The notes beneath the pieces are model-generated. The model made no database searches. It had not been told where the DNA came from and was given only the letters and a program-made list of their open reading frames with translations. Shown here piece after piece: positions 45,294 through 57,342 of a DNA stretch of 64,000 nt; position 1 is the stretch's first letter; every line of letters begins with the position of its first letter. Both the position numbers and the translations under genes were made by a program. This DNA is from Cyanophora paradoxa CCMP329 (Eukaryota > Plantae > Glaucophyta). Location: contig QPMI01000500.1 of assembly GCA_004431415.1 (NCBI GenBank), forward strand, positions 1-64,000. The letters are read 5' to 3'.

Positions 45294-46304
45294 ATGCCTG
45301 TGGATTACATCGAGGTTAGCTCATTTAATACAATCTCTGGTGATGGTCCCACATCAAGCTTTGTGGCAAGACTCCCCAGTAGTTATGAGAATGTGAGGGC
45401 TGTGAGACTGGTATCAGCCGAATTTTATAACAGCATCCCTATGGTGAGTGGTGAAACCAAAGTTGGAGATGTGACAGTTGACAATGCATTTAGCATTTAT
45501 TATTCTGAACAAACTCCTGGAGCTGGAAGCTCAGGAATTCCAACAGTTCGCCCAGCTGCTGACTATGAACAATGGAAACAATTCATTATAAGTCGAAACA
45601 CCCCCATCCAAAGCCACCAACAACTGGTGAATGTAATTAACTCTAAATTCGAAGGCAGAAATCCCCAACCATCCATTCGCTGCAAATGGGATGAATCACT
45701 GAAACGAATTATATTCCACTCAGCAGTACCATTTTACTTGGCTTTCTCAGTAGCTGTGAACCCAAGCCAACAAACAATCCAAAAGCTGTTGAGTTCAGCT
45801 AGACTGCTGGGTCTTGATCCTGGAAGATATGGTAACTCCCCAATCCAATCACAGGTCTATGATGCTCTCACTGATGGAATCTTTACTGGTGGTCGAGTGA
45901 ATGGCATTATATCTTCTTTTGAGCCTGAGAAGACCAGGGACAGTGTTTTGTTTGTGAGAGTAAAGGAGCTGGGTGATCTGGTGCAATGTGGGGATGGTCT
46001 TCTGACTGGTTACTTTCACAAAATAGTGGTCCCTGATAAAGACTATGGTGAGCATGTTGTTTACAATTCAACAGAGGCTCATCCACTTTATAAATACTAT
46101 AACAAAAAGGTTGGATTATCCACTTTCTCGGTTGATATTGTTAATGCTGTAAATGAACCAATTGATTTTGAGGGTCAACCTGTTCATCTGACCTTTGAAA
46201 TTCGCTATGGTGATGAGCCAGCAGGAGACCCAGTTTATGAATACTTTAAGATGAGAATGTCGCAGCTTCACCCTTCCTATCCAGTTATTACAAGCTTCGC
46301 ATAA
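45294..46304 (+). CDS. Penton 2
   Basis: Intact 336 aa. SSFVARLPSSYENVRAVRLVSAEFYNS...PIDFEGQPVHLTFEI. Confidence 0.75.
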   Translation: MPVDYIEVSSFNTISGDGPTSSFVARLPSSYENVRAVRLVSAEFYNSIPMVSGETKVGDVTVDNAFSIYYSEQTPGAGSSGIPTVRPAADYEQWKQFIISRNTPIQSHQQLVNVINSKFEGRNPQPSIRCKWDESLKRIIFHSAVPFYLAFSVAVNPSQQTIQKLLSSARLLGLDPGRYGNSPIQSQVYDALTDGIFTGGRVNGIISSFEPEKTRDSVLFVRVKELGDLVQCGDGLLTGYFHKIVVPDKDYGEHVVYNSTEAHPLYKYYNKKVGLSTFSVDIVNAVNEPIDFEGQPVHLTFEIRYGDEPAGDPVYEYFKMRMSQLHPSYPVITSFA

Positions 46305-46357
46305 ATTAAGGATCATTGGTAGATTTTTTATGTTGCAGTATAATAAAAGAGAATATA

Positions 46358-47722
46358 ATGGATATCACTTCCACTCTTCAAAGACTTTCGCTGAAAGAAG
46401 CCCTAACAACCCCAGAAGAGGCGAAAGCCTTTTTCCTGGATAACTCCCTTATGCTTGGTCTCGAATCCAAATCTAAGCCAGTTCTAGTTGTTGTGAATCC
46501 CAGCAATACTTTTGAGAATAATGTTGGAAATCGCATTTCCTTCAAGCTACCTCGCTACAATTTCTGTGGAAAACTCGAACTTGCTTTCGACCTACCAGAA
46601 ATCACTTTTGCTGGTGAAGATCTAGTTCGCAATGGATACACTCGCCCAGTTGGTGCTTTAGTTCAGCGACTTGAAATTACCTATGGATCTTACACCTACC
46701 ACATTCCTTCTGATTTCCTTGCTCATTTCCCCCTGGTCTATTATTCGGAGGATCAACTAGCTAAAAAGAAACGCTCAATGGGCATGGTTCATGGAATCCC
46801 TGCTCATGGAACCAACCGACTTGGTGGCTCATTTTTCGTTGAAATCCCAGTGCCTTGGCTAAATCACTATCTTCCCCTTGGTGCTTTATCTGGTGAAATG
46901 GTTGTTACTGTTTGGTTTAAGGATGCTGGAAAGGGTTATGTTGAAACTTCCTATGGTGGTCGCTCTCTCCTGTTGTTGGTGGGACAGCTGCTGATAAGAC
47001 AGAAGATGATGGTCTTGTGATACTGCTAATGCTACACTTGCCCATGTTGGTCAAAACATCACCACTTTCAGTCTTGGTGCAACAACCCCTGCTATTTCAA
47101 TTACTTCTCCTCGCCTTTACATGCATGCTATTAATGTTTCTGATGAGCTTTTCGCTACTGTAATTGAAAAAGTAAAGACTACTGGCATGGCTATTCCCTC
47201 CCTTGATATTGGATTTGTAGATGCCATTGCTTTCCCTGCCAAGGGCAATGCCCAGCCCAATCGAATTAACCTCTCTCAAATCTCAGGTCTTGTCTATGCT
47301 CTGCTTGTTTCAGTTCGTGATTATGAGACTGTTGACAAATCCAATGGCTCCCACAGTGTTCTTAAGACCTATGCCAACTCCAAAGAGATAACATTCACAA
47401 CTGAAATAAATGGACAGCGACTTTTTGCCACTGAGCCAATTTCTCTACTCAAAGGAGCTGAGCTAATTGCTGATGCCTTCAAATGCTCTAACATGGATAA
47501 GGTTGCAGATAAATATGTCCTTTCAGGACTCCCATTCTGCCTTGATGGAGAAAAGGCAATTCGAAATATTGCTCAAGTGGATTTGTAGACCTGACTAATT
47601 CCTCATCTTCATTCCTCACACTCTACATGCCCACAGATAAGACAATCAATGTTCAAGTTCGCGCTTTAATGCATAGTTTCCTCATTATAGACGGTTCAGG
47701 TGTTCGTAGAATCAATTTATAG
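46358..47722 (+). CDS. Major capsid protein (frameshifted)
   Basis: Homolog of 12224-13591. Confidence 0.8.
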
Positions 47723-47781
47723 ACCATATTCAGTCTCCCTGCATTATTTTTATCTGTCTTTATTTAGGAAGATCTACAACA

Positions 47782-48548
47782 ATGCAAGATTTAGAAGAGT
47801 TTAATGTTCTGAAATGATAAAAGTGTTTCAGAGCCATTTTTATAGGCAAAAGTTGTACGGGAAAAAGCGAATGTGTAAAGTATTGGTTAAAGCAATTACA
47901 TGATGCCAAAGTTATTGATGTTGTCCTAGTTGTGAGTGGACCAGCTTTAATCATTTCTGGAGAGAGGTGCAACAGTAGAACTTGGTAAATGGGATGCTGT
48001 TACATTTCAAAGCTTTTGATGAAAGGCAGGAGAAAATCGAAAAAGGTGAACCTGTAACCACATGTGTGTTTTTAGATGATTTAATTGATAATGAGATAGT
48101 CGATCTCACAAGGGATAAAATAATCGGATCCTTGTATTCCAGAGGTCGCCATTCGAAAATATCCATTATCTGCATTACACAGAAACTCAGAAAAGTCTCT
48201 TCCACTATTCGAGTTAATTCTGATTATGCTGTTTTCCTAAGTGCTGCTAATCGCAAAGAACTTGAAGCCATAGAGGAAGAATACAATATAATGCGAAATA
48301 AAGAGGATTTCTACAAGATGTTTGAAGAGTATGTTCACTCCTATCAGTATATCGTTTGGTCCTCTGCTGCTACTCAGTTAAATACTTTGTTGATAAAGCG
48401 ACCTTGTGAAAGATTTCCCATTCCTCGCTTCCACAGGAAGCCCAAAAAGAAAGAAGATGAGCTGAAACCCCAGAGAAAGAGGAAGCCCCAAAGAAGTGAA
48501 AGCCAAGTCCATAGCAATAAATTGATGCGATATAAACGCGGTTTATAA
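47782..48548 (+). CDS. A32 packaging ATPase (frameshifted)
   Basis: Homolog of 13651-14433. Confidence 0.85.
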
Positions 48549-48576
48549 AATTATCTCTCATTCTAATAAAGATACA

Positions 48577-49298
48577 ATGCCTCCCAAACGAAAGATAGGG
48601 ATCCCAGCTGGGGCTGTTGGCTATTCAGGTGGTGGAAACAGTGGATCTATTAACACTGAACCAATGAAATTCAATGGTATGAACGAAATCAAACCCTCAC
48701 AACCCAAGAAGACCCCTTAATGCTGCCTATGAGGAATCAGTCGATGACAAAGCCCCACAAGTTCAACTGCTGACCAACTGAACATTTCCCGAGACAGCAA
48801 AGATGAAGTCTGTTGCTGAGGGTGCCAGGCGAATTATTGGTGCTGCTGATGATAAAGGTTTAGGCTTGCAAGATCTGTCATTGGCTCGCAAAGGTGAAGG
48901 TCTAGTAAGGAATCAGACAAGGTTATCAGTCTATGGCTGGTGAAGTCACATACAAGACTGCTCCCACTCAAAATATTCATCGAATTCCCAAGCTCAATGG
49001 GATGAGATGACTGCTAAACTCAAAGACTGGAAGCCAAATCCAGTGCTTGGAGCAGTATGTTACTGAGAAGAAAGAGAGAGCCAAGCTAAAGGAGATGCTT
49101 CGAAAGGAAGTTTATAAAATGGTATTACTGGTGTCCCAGATAAACAGTTTATTGCTAAGAAAGAGAACCAAATCGATGAGCAGGCAGTAGATGAAATGAA
49201 AACAAAAACCCAAAAGGGAACCATTGAACCTGGTGCCACCAAAGCTGAAGTAGAAAAGGAGTGCCCCAACAGTATATAAAAGACGAGTTTGGCTTTAA
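48577..49298 (+). CDS. Hypothetical protein (frameshifted)
   Basis: Homolog of 14462-15196. Confidence 0.65.
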
Positions 49299-50179
49299 TT
49301 TCTCTGTTTTATTAGAGATATGGACATAATACGAAAGTTCTTCGAGATGTCAGTCTGCATGTGGTGAGCAATTGCCACAGTGGATGTTGTGAACAACAGT
49401 GAGTTTGAGATGTCAGATAATGAGGATAATGCCTCAGAAGCAAGAGAAAGAAGAAGTCTACAGTTTCTGTGGAGTCAATGCCAGCAGACCCACAGAGTAT
49501 ACATATGAGCAACAGGAGTATCCAAGGAGAAGTTCTCTGCCAGCAGAAAACGTTTTCTCTGAATATAATGGAGGATACTATTAGTTTAATCGAGTTTACC
49601 AGTGATGAACCTGTTACTGAGGGTACTATAAGACACATTCTAGCAATGCAGAAACGATATAGAGAGGACCAGCATATAGAGAGTATAAGAACACAAGCCC
49701 TAGCATCCTATTATCGCAGAAAAGCCCAAAAAGAGGAGCAGAGACCAGAGGAGACCGATTAAATATTATTTGCCAACTGAAGTAGCAATGGACCCCCAGG
49801 TCTATAAGAAAATTGAGAAAAAGCGGTCTCAGTATGCCACTGAGGCAGCTATAAAAATATATACAAAGGAATTGGCTTTATACTTGCAATCAAGTCACAG
49901 ATAACTTTTGTAAATATGCTTTTGTTGTTTTTGTTTGCATTCTCAGACACTGAAACAGTAATGTGAATGTTTACTGATCTATTTCTTTTGGTTTGCTGCA
50001 TACATATTGTAACCTATCAATCTCTGTGACATTTCGATATATGCTCCAATATCTCCATGCTTATGCATTTATCTAACTCATCATGGTCATCTCATCAAGA
50101 GTCTTTGCCATTTTGTCTTCACTATACACAATCAAGTAAGCCTTAAGTATTCTTGTCAAATTTTGGTCTTTTCGATCGG

Positions 50180-50292
50180 TGTGTACAGGTGTCACAGGTG
50201 TCACAGGTCTATCCCATCGATTTTCTAATCAATTTTTATGGACTTTCCTGGGATGGACCTGTCACACCTGTAACAACACCATTTCAGTAAGG
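50180..50292. promoter_or_regulatory. Putative replication origin, TGT(C/G)ACAGG inverted-iteron module
   Basis: Three 9-bp iterons, TCTATCCC, AT-rich spacer, GGGATGGA, then inverted iterons, directly downstream of the helicase. The same module is in the TIRs. Origin function is inferred. Confidence 0.55.
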
Positions 50293-50319
50293 CTATAAAA
50301 ATAATATAAATCAATCATT

Positions 50320-52649
50320 AATCGTTTCGTTTAATATTCAACATCCTCTCATTGTCTTCTTGAACCCTTGTTATCTTTCGAATCCAATGTAGCCCTGCCT
50401 GGTTCCATGAATTCGTTTACCTCTGATTTAACATTGAAGATCTCCCTTACTCTCTTCATAACAGATACACATTCAACTTTATCATCAACACTTTTGTATG
50501 ATTTGTAAATGATATCACTGGAAACAAAGTCGTTAGCATTATGTGTAACCTCGAAATTATCTCGAAGCCATTCACCAATCTTATCATTTTCAGCTATAAA
50601 GTTAATTCCCTGTTCAATAATCGATTGAGGGGACTTCTTAAGATCTCTTCAACCTCTTTGTTCTTCCACATATCCAGTAATATCTTCATGTGAGCCATCT
50701 TATACTCATCATCATTGTGTAGAAGTGTGAACAGAGTTGGGTCAGCTTTCTTTTGACCAGCTTCTGGCTTCTCTCTGAATATATTATTGAATCTCTGATA
50801 GGAAAGTCTTCTTTGAATTGCAAAGTCTGGTTTATTTATAGTCAAATTGTCATTAGTTGTAATGTAGACCTGAAACATTGGGGTAAGGATAACTGGGTCT
50901 TTGAACAAGGCTCTCACAGTCATTTCATTTCCACCTGTGACCTCCTTAATCTTGGAGATCTGCAGTTTATCACCATCTTCAGCCTCATTACTGAATACAA
51001 GTCGCTTTCCAAGGAGTTTGGCAAGTTCAGGAGTAGCCTCTGATGAGTTCTTTTTAGGCTTAGTCCAATAGGATATTTCGAGAGGGCTGTAATAGCGACC
51101 AGATATCTGTTTGCAGTATTCCTGAACAAGTGATTTACCATTAGCACCAGCACCAGTCCACATATAGAACTTCTGGGATTTAGTTGATCCACTAAGGGCA
51201 ATTGCAATGGATGCCAGAAGATACTTTCGCTCTGCTGGATCATCCACAATCTCTTTATAAATCTGATTGAGATGCTCCACTTTCTTGGGGTCTACATTTT
51301 CAGTATAGTCATAACCCACAGTCTTGCTCACCATATCTTCCAGTTTACCCTTTCTGAAAGTCATAGTGGTCAGATCAAATACACCATTTTCGAATCCAAT
51401 CACATATGGAACTGTGTCAATCTTCTCAAAGAATTCATCATCATTCAGCAGTGGGACCAAGTCAGTCAGAAGGGATTTGCGAAATCCTGATTGTTTAAGA
51501 TTTTTGGCAATGGTCATCAATGTTTTGGATCTTTCTTCGAAAGCTGCTTTGTTTTCCTCATCCTTTAAAGCTCTTTGACTATAATGCACAGCCCTTCCAA
51601 GGTATTGGGGACAACAAGACGGCTTATATCTAGGTAAATCTTAAGGTTTGTGTCATCAAGCTCCCAAATCCCAGTATCAGTATTGAGTTTGAACCATGAC
51701 TTTTTGGAGTATCTCCAAGTGTGTTTCAGAACCTCTTTGCATACTAAACTTACATCATAATGAGCGCCACCTGAACCAGCGGATTTATCTATAAGATTAA
51801 AGATATCAGATTGCATTCCAATGCAGATGAATCGTTTTTTGCAATTTCCACTGTAGCTTGACACAATGTATTTGTTATCATCTCCTTTAGCTTTCATAAC
51901 ATACCAGTTATTCGATTCATGTGAACCATTGCAGCATGGGCAATTGAGTCCCTTGTTAGCAGCATCAAAGTTAAAGCCAAGTTCAGTTTTAGAGATTATA
52001 TTGGGATGCATAAATCCCATATCCACCAGCTCTTTGATAATATTGTTTTCCAGTTCATCATGTGAGGTAGCATTAGCAGTATACTCACTCTTATAGATGT
52101 AGTTATCTATTATCCACTTTTTGAAGTCATCAGTAGGCTCATTGAAATCACAGGTATCATCCCATGGGGAGATCACCCAAGCCTTGTTGACACTGGACAC
52201 ACATTGATCAATCCAGAAGTACCAGTTCCAGTGATTGTTTTCAGGTCAACCTTTTCAAAGCCTTTAAAGCCAGGAGCCTTATCGGTGATTTTGAGTTTAG
52301 TGAACTCCTCAGGTCGTTTAAAGTAGACATGATAGCCTTTTTTAGTTTTTGCCATGGGCTGATTGGCATCAAAGTCATCAGGAAACATATCCCGGAATTT
52401 CTCAAAGTTCTCCTCATCATCAAAGTCAATAACCATCATGTTGTCTGAGAGCAGAATGCCCCAAGATACATACTGATTAGTTGCCAGCGCTTCCTCATAC
52501 TTTTCCCAGGACCAAGCACCTCCCTTATGCTTGAAAACAGGGTCTTTGCTGTCAGGTTTCACCGGGATAATCATGTTTTTGGCTAGATCCTCATCAGATC
52601 TGAGCCAGTTAGCGAGCGATTTGAGCGATTTAGTCTGTTTGGCGTTCAT
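50320..52649 (-). CDS. Prim-Pol primase fused to D5/P4-type SF3 helicase (frameshifted)
   Basis: WGILL...VIDFDD...TKKGYHVYF (Prim-Pol). GFENGVFDL (D5_N). TGAGANGKS, IKEVTGG, AIQRRL. The 3' end is approximate. Confidence 0.87.
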
Positions 52650-52672
52650 TTTCAGCGATTGGGGGTCCCTTT

Positions 52673-52706
52673 TATATATATAGAAGATTTTTCTTTAAGT
52701 AGTTTT
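52673..52706 (-). promoter_or_regulatory. Repeated promoter-like motif AAACTACTTAAAGA...TCTTCTATATATA
   Basis: Near-identical at 53996-54030, related at 53137-53165 and 16314-16356, each shortly upstream of a start codon. Confidence 0.55.
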
Positions 52707-52862
52707 GGGTCCCCCAATCATTTTTTGTTGGAAATCGAGAAAGTATCCCTACGAAATATTTCCACACGACTTATCGAGTGGTTCAGATACAAAAAGGATG
52801 AATGGGTATTTCAGCGAATAAACAGCATATCCCCAGCCTAGTAATATGCTGGGAAAAATAAT

Positions 52863-53117
52863 TTAGACATGTTTCAATTTTCTCCCTCTGTTTGAGTAAG
52901 GGACATCATACAAATACTTGACAAAGCAGACTGCATTGGCTGCATACTTTCGCTGACATGAACTGGCTATTTTCATGGCTCTATAAGTATCATCATTGTT
53001 ATATAGATCTCTTAGCTGTGTGGCTATTTTTTCGTTAAACTTTTTGATTTGAGCCTTACCTTTTTCAGTTTGCTGATATCTTTTCATAGCTCTCTTCTGG
53101 GCTTCACTGAGTGGCAT
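52863..53117 (-). CDS. Small basic protein
   Basis: MPLSEAQKRAMKRYQQTEKGK, preceded by the promoter motif. Confidence 0.65.
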   Translation of the reverse strand: MPLSEAQKRAMKRYQQTEKGKAQIKKFNEKIATQLRDLYNNDDTYRAMKIASSCQRKYAANAVCFVKYLYDVPYSNRGRKLKHV

Positions 53118-53173
53118 TTTTCCTTTGTCTCTCTTAATATATATAGAGAATTCTTTAAATCATTTTTTGTTCT

Positions 53174-53989
53174 CTAACCTCTTTGTCCAAATCGCTCAAT
53201 ATACATAAGTTTGAAATGCTTACCTAGCAATGCTACAAATGGTTCAATTTCCAAGGTCTCCCATGTTTTCTTGTCCTTATTCCATCTGCAATCTAATCCT
53301 TTTGCGATATCTTTTTTAAGATAAGGCACCTGAAACCCAGCAACCAATGTATTTGTTGTACTGAGTTCTGCATACATTTCAATCAATGCAGATCTGCCCT
53401 CTCTGAACCTCTCTATATCATCTCTGCGAAGATTATCCATTTTCGGAATAAATTGGTTGCACCAAATCAGGAAAAGATTAACTGCATGTTTATTCCTTGC
53501 TCTTTCTTGTTCTAATTCTCTCTGTCTTCGCTCTCTTTCTTCTAATTCAAGCTGCCTCTTTCGAGCTTCCTCTTGTTTTTCAAGTTCTCTTTTTCTTTCC
53601 AGTTCTTCTTGCTTTAAAGCGATTCTGCACTTATTACAGAAATTATCCTTTCGGTTTTTATGCCGATCTCCACATCTTTCACATATATCTTGACCTCTGG
53701 CACCCTTCGGAATAAATCGTAAAATGCAGCAATTCCCAACAATGACCACAATCTTTTTATTAACATGCAGAATATAGCATTGCTCTTTAATTGGATGATC
53801 ACAGGCGCAATGCTCAGACTCTGGAGGCAGGTCATAGTCACTTAATCCATATTTTGCAAGCTTTGCCCAAAGAGGGAGCGGTTTCCTGTTACTTCCAAGA
53901 GCAACATAATCATTGAAGTTATCAGATCCACAAAGCAACATTAAAGCCGCTTTGAGCTTTTCCAGGCAATACGATTTCTTCTCTGCCAT
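53174..53989 (-). CDS. Zn-finger/coiled-coil protein with C-terminal DUF5710-like domain
   Basis: CACDHPIKEQC...VGNCCI, CxxC pairs and VPYLKKDIAKGLDCRWNKDKKTW. Confidence 0.7.
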   Translation of the reverse strand: MAEKKSYCLEKLKAALMLLCGSDNFNDYVALGSNRKPLPLWAKLAKYGLSDYDLPPESEHCACDHPIKEQCYILHVNKKIVVIVGNCCILRFIPKGARGQDICERCGDRHKNRKDNFCNKCRIALKQEELERKRELEKQEEARKRQLELEERERRQRELEQERARNKHAVNLFLIWCNQFIPKMDNLRRDDIERFREGRSALIEMYAELSTTNTLVAGFQVPYLKKDIAKGLDCRWNKDKKTWETLEIEPFVALLGKHFKLMYIERFGQRG

Positions 53990-54098
53990 TTTCCTTTTAT
54001 ATATATAGAAGATATTTCTTTAAGTAGTTTTCATCAAATTTTGTGTTCAGAATTCCCCATTTAAAACCTCCGCTTTTAATAGGAACAAGTTAGGAACA

Positions 54099-57000
54099 AT
54101 GCCCCGAATTAGCAACAGACTTATTAGAGAAAAGAAATGGGAACTCATGGGATTACTGGGAACACTGTATGCAGCCCATGAAATCACAGAGGCTGAATAT
54201 GACCGGGAAATCGGATTTATTTCAAGGGGCAGACCCACTTTAGCAAAATTAACCAGAAAAGCCAATACCCTCTATGATAAAGTTGAAACTCTTGATGAAC
54301 TCGATCGCCTGAGGCAAATAGAACCAGAGGCAGAAGATGGAACAGCTATGAATGAATTATATCGTTGGCTCACATACAGAGCCAGAAGGGAAGTTGTTGT
54401 AGATGTGATTGAATATTTAGATAGAATTGCAACCTCTCTACCAAAACGTTTAAGGGATAGTCTGGATCAATTCAGGGCAATCAAAGTTCGCTTGTCGTTT
54501 ATCTGCAAGTTCGTAAAAGTCAGCAATCCACAGGTTTGGATATCGAAATACATTTACAGCGATTATTTTGTATTAACCAAATCGAGAAATATTCGAACTG
54601 AGCTGAATAAAGCAGCCCAAATGTGTCAGGAACAGATGAATGTTGTTGATAGCTATCGATTGGAGAGAATCGAAATGCTAAGAGTTGCTATTATGAGTTA
54701 TGCCCCAACTGGTGGCTGCTATGTTAAAACACCAGAATCAATTGCAGCCAAGAGAGCCACAGTGAATATTCGAAATATTGATGATTCTTGCTTTGAAAAT
54801 GCCATTTTGGCATGGATCCATAGGAAAGATGTAAATTCCCACAAGAGGAGTGAGCTTACACAATATCGCAAATGGAAATACTCACCATCCACATACAATC
54901 CTTTGGCTCTCAATTTCGACAATATCCCATTCCCTGTTCCTTGTGATGCTGAAATCATTGATAAATTCGAAGCTCAAAATGCAGGCATTAGCATAAACAT
55001 CTTTGGAATGGATGGAGATGTTATATATCCGCTGCATCAATCCAGCAACCCAGGCAGAAAGCAAAAGATTAATCTCATGCTCATTCATGATGATGAAGGG
55101 AATGGTCACTATATTACTATTATGTCACTCTCAAGACTTCTAAGAGTTGCCCTTGATAAAACCAAGGATCAAAAGTTACACTACTGTGATACATGCTTAT
55201 CTCGATTCAGGTCTGAGGCTAAACTCACTGCTCATGTGGACTCAAACAGATGCATTGATTGGAGACTCTCAAGGGAGTCACCCCTAAACCTGAAACCACA
55301 ATAGAGTTTGGACTCAAAAACCTTAGGAAACTGTTTGGCTTCCTGTTGTGGTCTACTGCAAGATTGAACATAGAAGCATCCCCATTGATGCATCGAAATC
55401 CAAGAGGGAAGTCTCAGCAGTCAACCTGAGAGTAGTCACTGGGGCAGATGTTCAAGATTTTCGATTTGAGGGGCAGGATCCAATGGGAGGTCTCTTTGAA
55501 TGCTTGGAGTCCAAAGCTAGAGAGCTGATCGATTTCCTGTTCACCAATATTCCCATGAATGAACTCACAGATGAGCAAAAGGCTGTTTACAGGGCTACTA
55601 AACACTGTTACCTTTGCAGTGAGAGGTTCACCAAGGAGAACTTCAAATGCAGAGATCATGATCACCACACAGGTCAGTACATTGCTCCTGCATGCAGAAA
55701 CTGCAATCTTCATAGGAGAATCTCAAAGCAAACAAAAGTAGCAGTGGTTGTTGACCAAATGGATGACTGTGGGACATTCATTTTCAGAAAAATAGCAGGC
55801 ATGGGTGATAAAAAGCGAATCGAAATCCTTTCGAAAAACTTTGATCAATACCTTTCATTGCAATGGGTCTTTACAAGTTCATTGATGCAAGTAATTTTAT
55901 GGACTTTGGGGCTGCTGATGTAGATGAGTTAATGAGCAAATTCCAGGCTTTCAGAAGGCTTTCACACTCAGTATATGGATTGGACCCAGTTCATTATGTA
56001 TCTGCACCTGGGTTATCTTGGGATGCTATGCTTAGGACCACCAAGGCAAAAATAGAGCTTATAAGTGATGTAGAGCAATACGAATTTGTTGAGAGGGGAA
56101 TCAGGGGTGGCTTTGCAACAATGCCTTGTAGGTATGCTGAGGCTGATGGTGAGAACTCCCATATAATGCTGTTTGATGCTAACAACTTGTATGGCTACTG
56201 TTTGAGTCAGCCAATTCCAGTTGGTGATTTTAGATGGGAGACCGAATTCAACCCACAAGATAACAGATCCAGTTTCCTGGAAGTTGATCTGGATTACCCA
56301 ATTAGGCTATATCTAGACCACAGTGATTTCCCCTAATTATTAACAAGAAAATAGTAGAATATGCCGAATTATCACAATATCAAAAGAGCCTATTAGATCT
56401 CTCAGGAGAAGAGCTTGATAAGACCCCTAAGCTAACTGCAACCTTTGGTTCTGTGACCAACTATGTGATTTCTGAGCCTCTTCTACAGTATCTGTTGGAC
56501 AAAGGGATGAAACTAAAGAAGGTTCACAGGGTCCTATCATTTACTGTGGCTCCTGTAATGAAACCCTACATTGAGCTGAACACTGATATGAGAAGGAAAG
56601 CAGTGAATAAATTTGAGGCTGATTTCTATAAGCTCATGAATAATTCAATCTATGGGAAATGCATTGAATCATGTAGAGGTAGATCTGTGGTTAAGATTGC
56701 AAACAGTGAGAAACTATTTATGAAATATGCAGCCTCTCCATTGGTGAAATCAACAAGCCCCATAAACGAAAAAGCAGTTGCCTTTGAGTTTTACACAAAG
56801 CATGTGAAACTAGATAAGCCTGTTGCAATTGGGGCTTATGTTTTGGATGCAGCCAAACTGCATAATTACCAGTTCTTCTATGATACTGTAAGGTCCCAAT
56901 GGACAAAAGCAAAGTTACTATTCCATGATACTGATTCCTTCTGTCTATATATCGAATCTAAGACCTTACAAAAAGATATAGAGAATATATCTTATGCCTT

Positions 57001-57339
57001 GGACCTTGGAGGTGATTCAAGAATGACCCCAGGTAAATACAAAAATGAGATGCCAGGTTCTGCTATACTGGAGTATGTGGGTCTGAGAGCCAAAGTTTAC
57101 AGTTTCAGAACAGCTGAGATTGAGAGGAGTAAGCTCTCTGGACTTCAACTGAGGAACTCCAATTTAATGATTTTAAACAGTGTTTATTTGCAGGTATCAG
57201 CAAGACTGTGACTGCAAAGCAGAAAAGAAGGGCAGATCACACAATAATAGACACTGTGAGTAGAAGGGTTGCCCTAAACTGCTTTGATGCAAAGAGATAC
57301 ATCTTACCAGATGGTATTAATTCTGTTCCTTTTAATTAA
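54099..57339 (+). CDS. Protein-primed PolB (frameshifted)
   Basis: Homolog of 20219-23464. Confidence 0.9.
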
Positions 57340-57342
57340 GAG

